NCBI GenBank assembly: GCA_002011125.2
Contig: MTMF02000009.1
Location: forward strand, 1,128,989 to 1,192,988
Source: Candidatus Hydrothermarchaeum profundi
Lineage (GTDB): Archaea; Hydrothermarchaeota; Hydrothermarchaeia; Hydrothermarchaeales; Hydrothermarchaeaceae
DNA length: 64,000 bases
Reading direction: 5' to 3'
Shown here: in pieces, positions 9,467-18,737 of the stretch
Position numbering within the stretch: the stretch's first letter is position 1
How the letters are laid out: every line of letters starts with the position of its first letter
The notes under the pieces: model-generated
Told to the model about the DNA's origin: nothing
What the model saw: only the letters and a program-made list of their open reading frames with translations
Databases searched by the model: none
Made by a program: the position numbers and the translations under genes

Positions 9467-10519
9467 ATGGGAGATACCGACGGAAACCTACGTATCCTAG
9501 CGATAGATATTGGAGTTGGTACGCAGGACATTCTCGTATATGACGAAGGAAAAATTCCTGAGAATAATATTAAAATCGTATTACCTTCAATGACCCAGGT
9601 TCTTGCAAAAAAAGTTTACCATACTAAAGGAGATATCCTTTTTTATGGAGAGACCATGGGGGGAGGGCCGATAGCAAATGCTATACTTCGGCATATTAAG
9701 AAAGGTTATAAGGTATATATGACGCCTAACTCGGCTCGCACAATAAGAGATAACTTAAAAGAAGTTGAAGAGATGGGAGTCAAGATTATTGATGAAGAAG
9801 ATACTGGCAACTATGATTGTGAGAGAATCCAAACGAGGGATGTAGATTTTAATTTAATAAAAAATATTCTTGTAGGCGTTGGAGAAGACTTTAAGTTTGA
9901 TTTTATTGGCTTGGCAGTTCAAGACCATGGTTATGCTCCAAAGAAATCTGATAGAGCCTTTAGGTTCGAAAAGATAAAAGAAACAGTAGAAAGAAATCCA
10001 AAAGTAACGGGGTTTTTATATAGGGATCCACCCCCCTATTTCTCTAGAATGAGAAGCATCGTTAAGTTTGCCAAGAATTTCTGCTCAGGAGATATTGTGG
10101 TGGTTGACTCTAAAATAGCGGCAGTAGTTGGTGCAACATATGGTTTAAAAGAAAGGCCGATAGTTGCGGTTGATATTGGAAATGGGCATACTCTCGTATC
10201 TATGATTGGGGAGGATGATCGGTTCTTAGGAATATTAGAACACCATACCGGAATGCTAGATAGAAATAAACTTGAAAAATATATAATTAGATTTGCAAAT
10301 GGAGAGGTGTCTAATGAGGAAATATTTAATGACGAGGGGCATGGATGTTACATTAGAGAAAAAGTTGGTAGTAGAAATATTAAAAAATTCTTAATAACCG
10401 GTCCTAGAAGAAGACTCTTGGAAGGCTCAAAAATAAAGATAGAATTTGCCTCACCTATGGGCGATGTTATGATGACCGGAGTAGCTGGAATTATAAGCCT
10501 TATTAAGGCATCAAGGTAA
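9467..10519 (+). CDS. DUF1786 family protein (actin/ASKHA-like fold)
   Basis: ILAIDIGVGTQDIL, GETMGGGP, AVQDHG, DIGNGHT, EHHT, GHG, GDVMMTG. Confidence 0.82.
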   Translation: MGDTDGNLRILAIDIGVGTQDILVYDEGKIPENNIKIVLPSMTQVLAKKVYHTKGDILFYGETMGGGPIANAILRHIKKGYKVYMTPNSARTIRDNLKEVEEMGVKIIDEEDTGNYDCERIQTRDVDFNLIKNILVGVGEDFKFDFIGLAVQDHGYAPKKSDRAFRFEKIKETVERNPKVTGFLYRDPPPYFSRMRSIVKFAKNFCSGDIVVVDSKIAAVVGATYGLKERPIVAVDIGNGHTLVSMIGEDDRFLGILEHHTGMLDRNKLEKYIIRFANGEVSNEEIFNDEGHGCYIREKVGSRNIKKFLITGPRRRLLEGSKIKIEFASPMGDVMMTGVAGIISLIKASR

Positions 10520-11297
10520 TTCCATTTTTACCTATCGCGAATTTATAAGAACCTATTACATGTTTGGTGCCTCTCATCTTCCTTATAGATATTCGCCGTT
10601 CCTGAGTCTCAACATCTAGCTTTAAAATGATGACACCATCAAACATGAAGGTCTCAGGAGGGAACTCTGTTATACCTATACTTGCACTTTTGGCTTCTGT
10701 GATTATTAGAGAAGTAAGGTCCTGTAAAGATAATAGATTGGAAAGTCTAAGCATATTGGTTCTGGCAGTAAATTCGCTTTGGGAATAAAGATTTAGTACT
10801 GCAATAGAATCTACGACAAGACGTTTAGCATCAATTTTTCTTACCGCAGTTAATACCTGTGAGATTAATGAATCAACATCTACTCCTCCCCCAATTTTAT
10901 GTGGCTCTCTGCTATCCATTCCCAGTCTTGAGGATACTGCGTCGACTATAATTAGCTTTCTATCGGATTCTAAAGCATGGATATCCCAACCAAATGGTTT
11001 CATATTACGTCTTATTTTCTCGGGAGTTTCATCCATGGTTATATAGACTCCGGGTTCATCATTTTCTAAGGCTCCGTAATATAGATACTGCATACCGAAA
11101 ATAGACTTACCGGTTCCGGGACCTCCCATCACTAGTATAGTACTTCCCCTAGGATACCCGCCTCCTTCAAACAAATGGTCAAAGTCCCTTATGCCTGTCT
11201 TTACTATATCTATATTTATTCCCCTTCCGGTATTATGATGATGTTTATATTTAAAATTTGGGTTACATTTGTGAGTTTTTTTAGAGCAGGCTTTCAA
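10503..11297 (-). CDS. KaiC/RAD55-family single-domain ATPase (start uncertain, see findings)
   Basis: VKTGIRDFD, Walker A GGPGTGKS, RLVVDS, DGVIIL, IRKMRGT. Confidence 0.9.
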   Translation of the reverse strand: MKACSKKTHKCNPNFKYKHHHNTGRGINIDIVKTGIRDFDHLFEGGGYPRGSTILVMGGPGTGKSIFGMQYLYYGALENDEPGVYITMDETPEKIRRNMKPFGWDIHALESDRKLIIVDAVSSRLGMDSREPHKIGGGVDVDSLISQVLTAVRKIDAKRLVVDSIAVLNLYSQSEFTARTNMLRLSNLLSLQDLTSLIITEAKSASIGITEFPPETFMFDGVIILKLDVETQERRISIRKMRGTKHVIGSYKFAIGKNGITLMP

Positions 11298-12447
11298 CGA
11301 ATTTTATAAACTCCGGCGGAAGCTTTAGTAGGGAAGTACTTACTTCTTTTATATCTAACTTGCCTATCTTCATTCCTCGTAAAAATTTACCGATTTGATT
11401 CATTTGTTCATCTGACAACTTTTCTAGTACCTCTTTTACTTTTAAAGATCTCATTAGACCGGCTCCTACCTTCTCCCTCCACTCATTCTCGTATTTCATA
11501 AGAAATTCTTCTGAAAAATTTTGTGTATCAACCGCTTCTCGAATAACTTTAGCTGCGATTCTCCCACATACCATTGCGTTGTACATACCCCCTCCAGTAA
11601 GCGGGTCAACGTGCCTTGCGGCATCCCCTACAAGCAATACATTGTCTGTAACACTTTTGGTTATTGGACCTTGGACAGGCACTCCTCCTACAACCATCCC
11701 AACTTTCTTACCTTTTTTCAAGTAATCGTGAGAACTAATAAATCGATTTAAATATTCAAAAGCAGTATCTTTGCCAGTAGGCCTTATACCTAATCCTACG
11801 TTAGCTATATCTTCTCCTTTTGGAAAAACCCAAGCGTATCCCCCGGGAGCTATTTTTCTTCCTAAGTAAAATTCCATGACCTCAGGATTTTCCAATTTAA
11901 GTCCTACCATTTCGTATTGTACGTTAGAAGTCATCTGTGATAATTTTGTCCTGTTTTCTAGGCCTGTCCACTTACCAACAGTACCTTCTATTCCATCTGC
12001 TCCAACAACGATTTTACAGCTTACCTCGTAAACTTCATTAAAATGTTTAAGCTTAATCCTCAAAAACCCATTCTCTCTTTTAATTCCCATAGCGTATGTT
12101 CTTGTCCGTATATCTGCTCCCGCTTTAGCGGCATATAGAGCCAGATATTTATCAAACATTCTCCTTTCTAGAACATATCCATTAGGCTCATCTTCAACTA
12201 TCTCTAAGCGCTTTCCATCAGGTGAATAGATATATTCACCCTTTGTTTCCCACGCGATATATTTCTTATTTTTTGGTATGCCGAGCTCTTTTAGTCCCTT
12301 AATCCCTGTGCCTTCTCCGCATCTTACGGGCATGCCGATCTCTGGTCTCTTTTCAACGAGCAGCACGTCTAATCCTAGCTCTGCAGCAGTTTTAGCTGTC
12401 ATGCTTCCTCCAGGGCCAGCCCCAATTATAACTGTATCATAATCCAT
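11281..12447 (-). CDS. Digeranylgeranylglycerophospholipid (geranylgeranyl) reductase
   Basis: YDTVIIGAGPGG, PVRCGEG, GADG, PGGYAWVFPK, LVGDAA..VDPLTGGG. Start taken as ATG 12447. Confidence 0.92.
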   Translation of the reverse strand: MDYDTVIIGAGPGGSMTAKTAAELGLDVLLVEKRPEIGMPVRCGEGTGIKGLKELGIPKNKKYIAWETKGEYIYSPDGKRLEIVEDEPNGYVLERRMFDKYLALYAAKAGADIRTRTYAMGIKRENGFLRIKLKHFNEVYEVSCKIVVGADGIEGTVGKWTGLENRTKLSQMTSNVQYEMVGLKLENPEVMEFYLGRKIAPGGYAWVFPKGEDIANVGLGIRPTGKDTAFEYLNRFISSHDYLKKGKKVGMVVGGVPVQGPITKSVTDNVLLVGDAARHVDPLTGGGMYNAMVCGRIAAKVIREAVDTQNFSEEFLMKYENEWREKVGAGLMRSLKVKEVLEKLSDEQMNQIGKFLRGMKIGKLDIKEVSTSLLKLPPEFIKFVESLL

Positions 12448-12604
12448 ATATCGCACCTACAGGACAAGCTTTTACACATATTCCGCACTTTATACAAGCA
12501 TTATTATCAATTTCTACTTTCTCATTATCACTCAACTCAATTGCTTTCTCAGGGCACACATTCGAGCAAGTTCCACAATAACAGCAATATTCTTCCACTT
12601 CCAT
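12437..12604 (-). CDS. 2x[4Fe-4S] ferredoxin (55 aa, not in the ORF track)
   Basis: Manual translation MEVEEYCCYCGTCSNVCPEKAIELSDNEKVEIDNNACIKCGICVKACPVGAIYGL; overlaps the reductase start. Confidence 0.92.
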   Translation of the reverse strand: MEVEEYCCYCGTCSNVCPEKAIELSDNEKVEIDNNACIKCGICVKACPVGAIYGL

Positions 12605-12609
12605 AGCGT

Positions 12610-13833
12610 TCACTCCACGAATGAATCCAACATAGATTGAGTTCCTCTATAAAATTTTTGCTCTTTGTTTTCACCGAATATTACTCTACCATATCTCCCT
12701 CCTCCTCCTTCTTCAACTTTGAATTTACCCTCTCTGAAAGCTCTTATCAACTTAGCAAGTTCCTTATTACTTACTTTTTCAATTTCTCTAGTTGGCACAT
12801 CTATTAAAACAGAAATTTCACTTCCAAATTGAGTTACAAGTTTTTTCCAGCTCTCTTGAACTTTATCTGAATATATATTTTTAACTTTTAATGCTAGGCA
12901 GAGTATCTCAGCTAGAGGAGCTATTCTCACATATCTTGGTCTGAATGATGGGTGTCTAGGAGAGCTGCTTGTAGACAATTCTAGAACTCTATCGTAGACG
13001 CCTTTCTTTAAAAGCCCTCCACACAACTTACATCTCCAATTCAATCTAACTGCCTCTTTTAGCTCGTATAGCGTAAAGCATTTTATACAGGCGGTCCTAT
13101 GATACTTTCCAAGTCTAGGATCAAGTCCAACATTAAGAACAATTTTTTTATCGAGAATTGCGTTTTTGATGCTTTTATAGTTCAATTCAGATATTTCAAC
13201 TCGATTAAATTCTCTCCCAAGTCTATGAGGCCAGGGAGAATGCGCGTCTGAATTAGAAAGGAATACTACTCTTTTTAGTTCTCCTATAAGGTCCGCCATA
13301 TCAGTATCAGCACTTAGCCCTAGCTCTAAAAATTTTATATCACTGATGTTTTTTCCATAACAATCTCCTAAACTATCATATTCCTTATAGATACTAGTCC
13401 ATGGTACAAAAGCATGGGAAGGACCTATGATGCCTTCGCATTCTTTCACGTAATCAACCAGTTCTTCGCCGTTGAGTCTTAGATGCGGTCTTCCATCTAC
13501 GTCAATATCCGATGAAAACTTTTTTAAGGTCTCTCTAAGGCTCTCAGCAGAGCTAATTTCGGGTAAAAATATGAGATGATGAACCCGTCTATTATCCTCG
13601 ACTTCGACCGTGAGTATAAACTTGCTACCATTTATTTCATATATCCCCTCAGAATACTCTTTAAGCGATTTTATTTCGTCTAACCACTTTGGATGTAAGG
13701 CATCTCCTGTGCCGACAACATCCAACCCCTTTAATTTTCCCTGAGAAGAAATTGTATTAAAGTCCATTTTACCAGAAGTAGCTCCAGAATATCTACTATG
13801 TATATGAAAATCGCAGTCGATTTGCATATTCAA
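12610..13833 (-). CDS. Endonuclease Q family PHP-domain protein (TIGR00375-like)
   Basis: DFHIHSRYSGATS, GTGDALHP, HHLI, GPSHAFVPW, ELGLSAD, NSDAHS, GKYHRTACIKC..CKLC, GGGGRYG. Confidence 0.9.
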   Translation of the reverse strand: MNMQIDCDFHIHSRYSGATSGKMDFNTISSQGKLKGLDVVGTGDALHPKWLDEIKSLKEYSEGIYEINGSKFILTVEVEDNRRVHHLIFLPEISSAESLRETLKKFSSDIDVDGRPHLRLNGEELVDYVKECEGIIGPSHAFVPWTSIYKEYDSLGDCYGKNISDIKFLELGLSADTDMADLIGELKRVVFLSNSDAHSPWPHRLGREFNRVEISELNYKSIKNAILDKKIVLNVGLDPRLGKYHRTACIKCFTLYELKEAVRLNWRCKLCGGLLKKGVYDRVLELSTSSSPRHPSFRPRYVRIAPLAEILCLALKVKNIYSDKVQESWKKLVTQFGSEISVLIDVPTREIEKVSNKELAKLIRAFREGKFKVEEGGGGRYGRVIFGENKEQKFYRGTQSMLDSFVE

Positions 13834-13877
13834 CCATCTCTAGGAAAATACTTAAAGGTATCTTGATAGGTGAATTT

Positions 13878-14384
13878 ATGGATTTCCAGAAAGCTATAGA
13901 ATTTCATGGGCATAAATGCTTTGGTCTCGCTATAGGTTATAGGGTTTCTATTCTGGCTTTAGATATCTTAGGGGTAAGCAGGGCGAAAGGTGAAGAGTTA
14001 GTAGCTATAGTTGAGAATAAATCCTGTGCAATTGATGCAGTACAGATAATTACAGGATGTACTCTTGGCAGAGGAAATCTTCTTATTCGTGATTACGGGA
14101 AGCATGTTTATACCTTTGCTAAAAGACCCTCTGGTGAAGCCGTCAGGATTGCATTAAAATATGAAGCGTTTTCGACTATAAAAGATAAAAAAGCTAGAAT
14201 AAATAAGGTACTCAATGATATGGCTGAGGATTTATTTACTATAGAACTAAAAAAAATAGAGTTACCCTCAGAAGCAAGAACCTACCCCTCTATAAAATGC
14301 TCTTTATGCGGCGAGCCGGTTATGGAAACTAAAACTGTAAAGGTGGGAAATAAAATATTATGTATCCCCTGTGCTAAAGGATAA
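13878..14384 (+). CDS. FmdE family protein with C-terminal C4 zinc finger
   Basis: FHGHKCFGLAIG, ENKSCAIDAVQ..TGCTLG, CSLCGE...CIPC. AGGTGA SD precedes ATG 13878. Confidence 0.88.
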   Translation: MDFQKAIEFHGHKCFGLAIGYRVSILALDILGVSRAKGEELVAIVENKSCAIDAVQIITGCTLGRGNLLIRDYGKHVYTFAKRPSGEAVRIALKYEAFSTIKDKKARINKVLNDMAEDLFTIELKKIELPSEARTYPSIKCSLCGEPVMETKTVKVGNKILCIPCAKG

Positions 14385-14385
14385 T

Positions 14386-15171
14386 TCAACCTATATATCT
14401 CATCTCTTCATCTGAGGGTGGTCTTCTCTGTATCATGCCCATCTCTTCCATAATCTTCCTTTCCATCCTTTGGGCTTCTGCAACTCTCTTCTCCGCCTCT
14501 TTTGCTTTCTTTACTAATCTCGTCAAGTCCACCTCTATATTCAATAACCGCGTTAGAACTTCAAGGACAATTCTCGCAGCATTTGAATCAAGATAAAACC
14601 CAGAAGTCTCGCCCATCAAGCATGTTCCAGGTATCCCCCGTACTTTTGCTAGTCCTAATAATAACCCAGAAACCCCGACTATCTGTCCTAGACCCTCTCT
14701 TTTTACTATGACGTTAAGCTCCTCAAGTTTTGGTATCAAATCTTTATCAGTAACCGCTCCAAAAACTTTTGGTTTCTCTACGGTTCTCCCTACTCCTAAT
14801 CCGCCAAGAGTGTATACCCTGCTTATGTTTTGGCTTTCTACGACTTCTAATATTTTCTTGCTTAGTAGATATTGCCCTTCTGAAGTAGAGCTTTGAGTAT
14901 TCCCATCTACTATTATCAGGTCTTTTTGATCGCTCTCTTCAGCTTCCCAATAATAGAATTCATTTTTCATAGTTTCTATCAAACCACTTCTCCTAACGAG
15001 CACCTGCGGCGGGAAGAGGTCTGAATGTAATATAGCAAATTTTTTGGCTCTGAGTTCTACTATCAAATGTCTGGCTGCTATCTTCCCTACGTACCCTATA
15101 CCCGGTAGACCCTCTATTAATACAGGCCGATCCAGTTTTGGTTCATTGGTAATCTTAATCTCAAAACTCAT
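14386..15171 (-). CDS. Proteasome assembly chaperone (PAC2 family)
   Basis: LIEGLPGIGYVGKIA, FPPQV, TLGG, IVGVSGLL, CLMGET. Conserved position after nop10. Confidence 0.9.
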   Translation of the reverse strand: MSFEIKITNEPKLDRPVLIEGLPGIGYVGKIAARHLIVELRAKKFAILHSDLFPPQVLVRRSGLIETMKNEFYYWEAEESDQKDLIIVDGNTQSSTSEGQYLLSKKILEVVESQNISRVYTLGGLGVGRTVEKPKVFGAVTDKDLIPKLEELNVIVKREGLGQIVGVSGLLLGLAKVRGIPGTCLMGETSGFYLDSNAARIVLEVLTRLLNIEVDLTRLVKKAKEAEKRVAEAQRMERKIMEEMGMIQRRPPSDEEMRYIG

Positions 15172-15326
15172 TTTTCTGCCTCCAATTTGAGTTTTCTTCT
15201 ATATTTCCCATATGGGTCAAGCGGGGAAAATTTAGGCGGATGAGCACTAGAAGTTGCATTGCCACATTTCTTACAATTTTCTTGTAACGTATAAATCTTG
15301 CAATTTTTGCAATATTTTATTTTCAT
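15168..15326 (-). CDS. nop10: H/ACA RNP protein Nop10 (52 aa, not in the ORF track)
   Basis: Manual translation MKIKYCKNCKIYTLQENCKKCGNATSSAHPPKFSPLDPYGKYRRKLKLEAEK; ATGA overlaps at both ends. Confidence 0.95.
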   Translation of the reverse strand: MKIKYCKNCKIYTLQENCKKCGNATSSAHPPKFSPLDPYGKYRRKLKLEAEK

Positions 15327-16117
15327 TTTTGTTCCCTTAAAAACTTCCCCATTCCACCGAGTTTTTGTATCTCTGATATCGCTCTTTCAGCACATTTTCT
15401 AAGGGCCTCTTCAGCCGATTTGTAGTCAGGCGAAGTTACATTTATACTGAATCGTGGAGATTTTATGTACTTCACTTCGATCTTGGAATTTCCATAATTT
15501 TCATTCTTTGCAGTAATTAGGGCTTTTTTAATACGATCCACTCCATCTGGCTTATAGCATCTGAGATCCAAGTACCCTGTTATATTAACTGAGGGTAATA
15601 CTATATTTTCTTTGGCTACCGCAGTTACGATTTTTTTCCATTCTTCAGGAATTTTAAGACCCTTCAAAGCTTCTTCACCAGCAATTATGATCTCCTCAAG
15701 ACCAGTATAGACTTCGCCAAATCTATCTTCAAGCTTAAAACCCACCGCCTCGTAAGCTTCGTCTAGAGTCTTACCAATCTTTTTTGCAGCTATTTCTAAG
15801 AGTTTTTCTGCTTTTTGAGCCCTTTTCCATTCCATCATTTTATTCTTTCTCTGGGCATCACTAACCCTCCGCACAGATAAGTCGATATGGCCCTTCTTGG
15901 GGTCTACGCTTAAGACCTTGGCCACAGTCTTTTGACCTTCTCTAACAAAGTCACGGATATTTTTAATCCAGGTCGAAGCTACTTCAGAGATGTGGATAAA
16001 GCCCTCTTTCCCTTGATATTCATCTAGCTTTGCGAAGGCTCCATGAGAAAATACCTTGGAGATCGTACAGATTACCAAATCATTCTCACTTGGAAATGGG
16101 CTCTTTTTCTTAACCAA
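15323..16117 (-). CDS. eif2a: Translation initiation factor 2 subunit alpha
   Basis: S1 domain GAFAKLDEY..KEGFIHISEV, KGHIDLS; canonical operon context. Confidence 0.96.
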   Translation of the reverse strand: MVKKKSPFPSENDLVICTISKVFSHGAFAKLDEYQGKEGFIHISEVASTWIKNIRDFVREGQKTVAKVLSVDPKKGHIDLSVRRVSDAQRKNKMMEWKRAQKAEKLLEIAAKKIGKTLDEAYEAVGFKLEDRFGEVYTGLEEIIIAGEEALKGLKIPEEWKKIVTAVAKENIVLPSVNITGYLDLRCYKPDGVDRIKKALITAKNENYGNSKIEVKYIKSPRFSINVTSPDYKSAEEALRKCAERAISEIQKLGGMGKFLREQK

Positions 16118-16121
16118 GTTA

Positions 16122-16310
16122 TCACTCCAGTACTGAAACTATTTTTGTCATTATACGTGCTTTGCCCCCAAGAGGTTCCGCTAATGTCTTCCCACAAATT
16201 AAGCATTTTACTTTACTTGCAGCTGATCCGAAAATAACCTGCTCATTGCCACAGTCAGAGCACTTGACTCTTAAGAATCTACTTCGGGGTTGAGATATTA
16301 ATTCCTCCAT
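16122..16310 (-). CDS. rps27e: 30S ribosomal protein S27e
   Basis: [20 protein letters not shown]...[14 protein letters not shown]. Confidence 0.96.
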   Translation of the reverse strand: MEELISQPRSRFLRVKCSDCGNEQVIFGSAASKVKCLICGKTLAEPLGGKARIMTKIVSVLE

Positions 16311-16311
16311 A

Positions 16312-16593
16312 TCACGCCTCCTCTATTTCTAGTTTCTTTATCCGGAAACCTTCGACGCTATGAGATTTCTTACATTCTTTGCATCTCAATATTAAACTGA
16401 CTTTTTTAGTGGGTTTACCAGCACCTTTTAGCTGGGGGCGTGGAAATCCTCCATATCCTTTCATAACCCGTCTAAATTGTCTCTGTCCTGCTTTAAGTTC
16501 ACTAGCTTTTCTTTTTTTAACTCTCAGAACCTCATGGATAGTATGGGCCTTACATGAAGGGCAATAGGTCCTTTTTTCTCTTGGCATCTTCAT
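16312..16593 (-). CDS. rpl44e: 50S ribosomal protein L44e
   Basis: [32 protein letters not shown]. Confidence 0.96.
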   Translation of the reverse strand: MKMPREKRTYCPSCKAHTIHEVLRVKKRKASELKAGQRQFRRVMKGYGGFPRPQLKGAGKPTKKVSLILRCKECKKSHSVEGFRIKKLEIEEA

Positions 16594-16656
16594 AGTAAAA
16601 ACCTCAATTCACTTGCGTTGTATAACTAATATAAATATTATGGTAGTTCTACTTCG

Positions 16657-17661
16657 CTATCTCCTTGATAAGAGGGCCCCAATTGCTCCTATAGCTGTGC
16701 ATGTTTCCAAAGGAACCCCTTTGCCGGTGATTTCAAGATGTCTGCGTGCACTAGCGAGAATATGTTTTGGTAGCCCCTGTCCTCCAAGTCCTATTAAAAT
16801 GCAAAGGACATTGTTGTCTTGTACGATTTCGGTTAGACTCGTACTCTTCTTTTGATCTGGGTTAGAAGTGGTTGCGACTATCTCTCCTAAATGAGGTGGT
16901 ATGCTTTTTAGATCTTTTATTATAAATAATCTACCCTCTTCTTTAAGTCTCCTAATGAAACTCTCTCCTTCCCCGATTTTACTTTCTGCTTCTACTATTG
17001 AGATAACTTCTCCTGTATTCGATGCTGGAAATCCTATGAGACATAGATTTAAATCAAAAGCGTAGCATACAGGAGCCGCTCTCGCAATAGCTCTAATTAG
17101 GGGATCTCTAAGTTTTTTGCCTTTATAAGTGTTAAATAAAGCCAGCGTAATTTTTTTAGCTTTTCCAGTTTTAGGATAATAAATTAGGTCTTTACTCTTT
17201 TTAAAGCTATCCTCTGAATAATTTTCCTTAATCTTATTGGATATATCTGGTATTTTAATACCAAGCAATGTAAGCCTTCTTGAAATTGTTTTTAAAATTT
17301 TTTGTTTTTGTTTAGGGTCGTTTATTGTTAATATTTTATCAATCGGTTTACTATAATCCTTCTCTCCAGCTTTAGACATCTCTATTATTATATGTTCTAG
17401 AATCTCGGCACGTCTCCATTCTTGTGGAACTTCTTCGGCAGCTTCTAATGCCATAGAAAAAATATTAGAGCTTTTCAGGTTTACATCCGCCATTCTTCTA
17501 GCTATCCATGAGAGAGCCTGAGCTTTATAGTATGGCTCAGCAATGTCAGAAGCCTTAATAATTAAAGGCTCGAAATTTTTTGCAGGACCTGTTATTTTTT
17601 TTGCGGTTCTTTTTAGAGAGCGAGCATATGATGGCCAATGTGGCAATTTCTTTCTTCTCAT
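16657..17661 (-). CDS. DUF531-like (SPOUT-like) protein with N-terminal helical-repeat extension
   Basis: C-terminal half TLALFNTY..RAIARAAPVCYAFD, VATTSNPD, IGLGGQGLP, LEITGKGVPLETCTAIG. Confidence 0.75.
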   Translation of the reverse strand: MRRKKLPHWPSYARSLKRTAKKITGPAKNFEPLIIKASDIAEPYYKAQALSWIARRMADVNLKSSNIFSMALEAAEEVPQEWRRAEILEHIIIEMSKAGEKDYSKPIDKILTINDPKQKQKILKTISRRLTLLGIKIPDISNKIKENYSEDSFKKSKDLIYYPKTGKAKKITLALFNTYKGKKLRDPLIRAIARAAPVCYAFDLNLCLIGFPASNTGEVISIVEAESKIGEGESFIRRLKEEGRLFIIKDLKSIPPHLGEIVATTSNPDQKKSTSLTEIVQDNNVLCILIGLGGQGLPKHILASARRHLEITGKGVPLETCTAIGAIGALLSRR

Positions 17662-17688
17662 TTTTTAGAACTCACATAAACACTTTTG

Positions 17689-18705
17689 TTATGAATCAAA
17701 ATAGGGATACCCCCTTATAGGAATTATAGTACCACATCTTGGACATTTATTCCCCTCCAGATGCCACTCGACTATCCCATAGCCTTCTCTCCTTATTAAC
17801 AACTTCTTACATTTTTCGCAATACGTATTCTTTCCTGGATGTGAAAAGATATTTTCTAGATACACATATTTTAGCCCTTTACTATATGCTAGATTTAATG
17901 CCTTCTCCATAATTTTTTCAGAAGGCGAATCAATTTTGTCCATTTTATAGCTTGGAAAGAATCTCAACAAGATCAGTGGAGAGTCAGCTTTTTTACTTAA
18001 ATGTATAGCTTCAGAAAGATTTTTTTCGTCATCATTAAAGCCGGGTATTATAACATAAACCAGCTCCAAATGCGTATTTTTACTTTTAAAAATATCTATT
18101 AAACGTAATAAATGAGTGTTATTAAATTTAAATCCACATACTTTAGAATAGAACTCTTGGTTACCCTTCACAGTCAAGGCAACCGCGTCTATATACTCAC
18201 AGATGGTTTTCAAGCCTTCAGGGGATATCAGTCCGTTAGTGGCAAATACGTTTAGGAGCCCATTTCCTTTAGCAAGCTCCATTATCTTAGCGTAGTATTC
18301 TATATTAAGAGTAGGCTCTGAATGGGTATATACTACACCTCTGCACTTCAGTTGTTTAGATGCTTCAACTATTTTATCGGCTTTAATATACTCCGCTCTA
18401 AATTCTTCCGGTTCTACTTGTGTTATACTCCAGGTTAAACAAAAAGCACATTTTAAGTTGCAACCAAAACTTCCTACAGTGATAAATCTGTGGTTAGGGT
18501 AAAAATGGTATAAAGGAGTTTTTTCAATGTAATCTGTGCTGAAACTTGAAAGCTTCTCATAGATTGTATTGTAAAGTTTTCCTTTTACATTAATTCTAAC
18601 CTTACAGAATCCTCTCTCACCCTCTTTTAAAAAACAATAGTGAGTACATAGCCGACAGTTTACTATGTTGTTTTTAAAAGAGCGATAACAGCAAGCTTCT
18701 TCCAT
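17689..18705 (-). CDS. AmmeMemoRadiSam-type (PflA-like) radical SAM enzyme
   Basis: N-terminal CRLCTHYC..GFCKVR, IEKTPLYHFYP, GCNLKCAFC, SEPT, IPGFND, C-terminal CEKC..IRREGY..CPRC. Confidence 0.85.
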   Translation of the reverse strand: MEEACCYRSFKNNIVNCRLCTHYCFLKEGERGFCKVRINVKGKLYNTIYEKLSSFSTDYIEKTPLYHFYPNHRFITVGSFGCNLKCAFCLTWSITQVEPEEFRAEYIKADKIVEASKQLKCRGVVYTHSEPTLNIEYYAKIMELAKGNGLLNVFATNGLISPEGLKTICEYIDAVALTVKGNQEFYSKVCGFKFNNTHLLRLIDIFKSKNTHLELVYVIIPGFNDDEKNLSEAIHLSKKADSPLILLRFFPSYKMDKIDSPSEKIMEKALNLAYSKGLKYVYLENIFSHPGKNTYCEKCKKLLIRREGYGIVEWHLEGNKCPRCGTIIPIRGYPYFDS

Positions 18706-18737
18706 AGATTAAGACATCTATTTAACTTTAAGAAACT

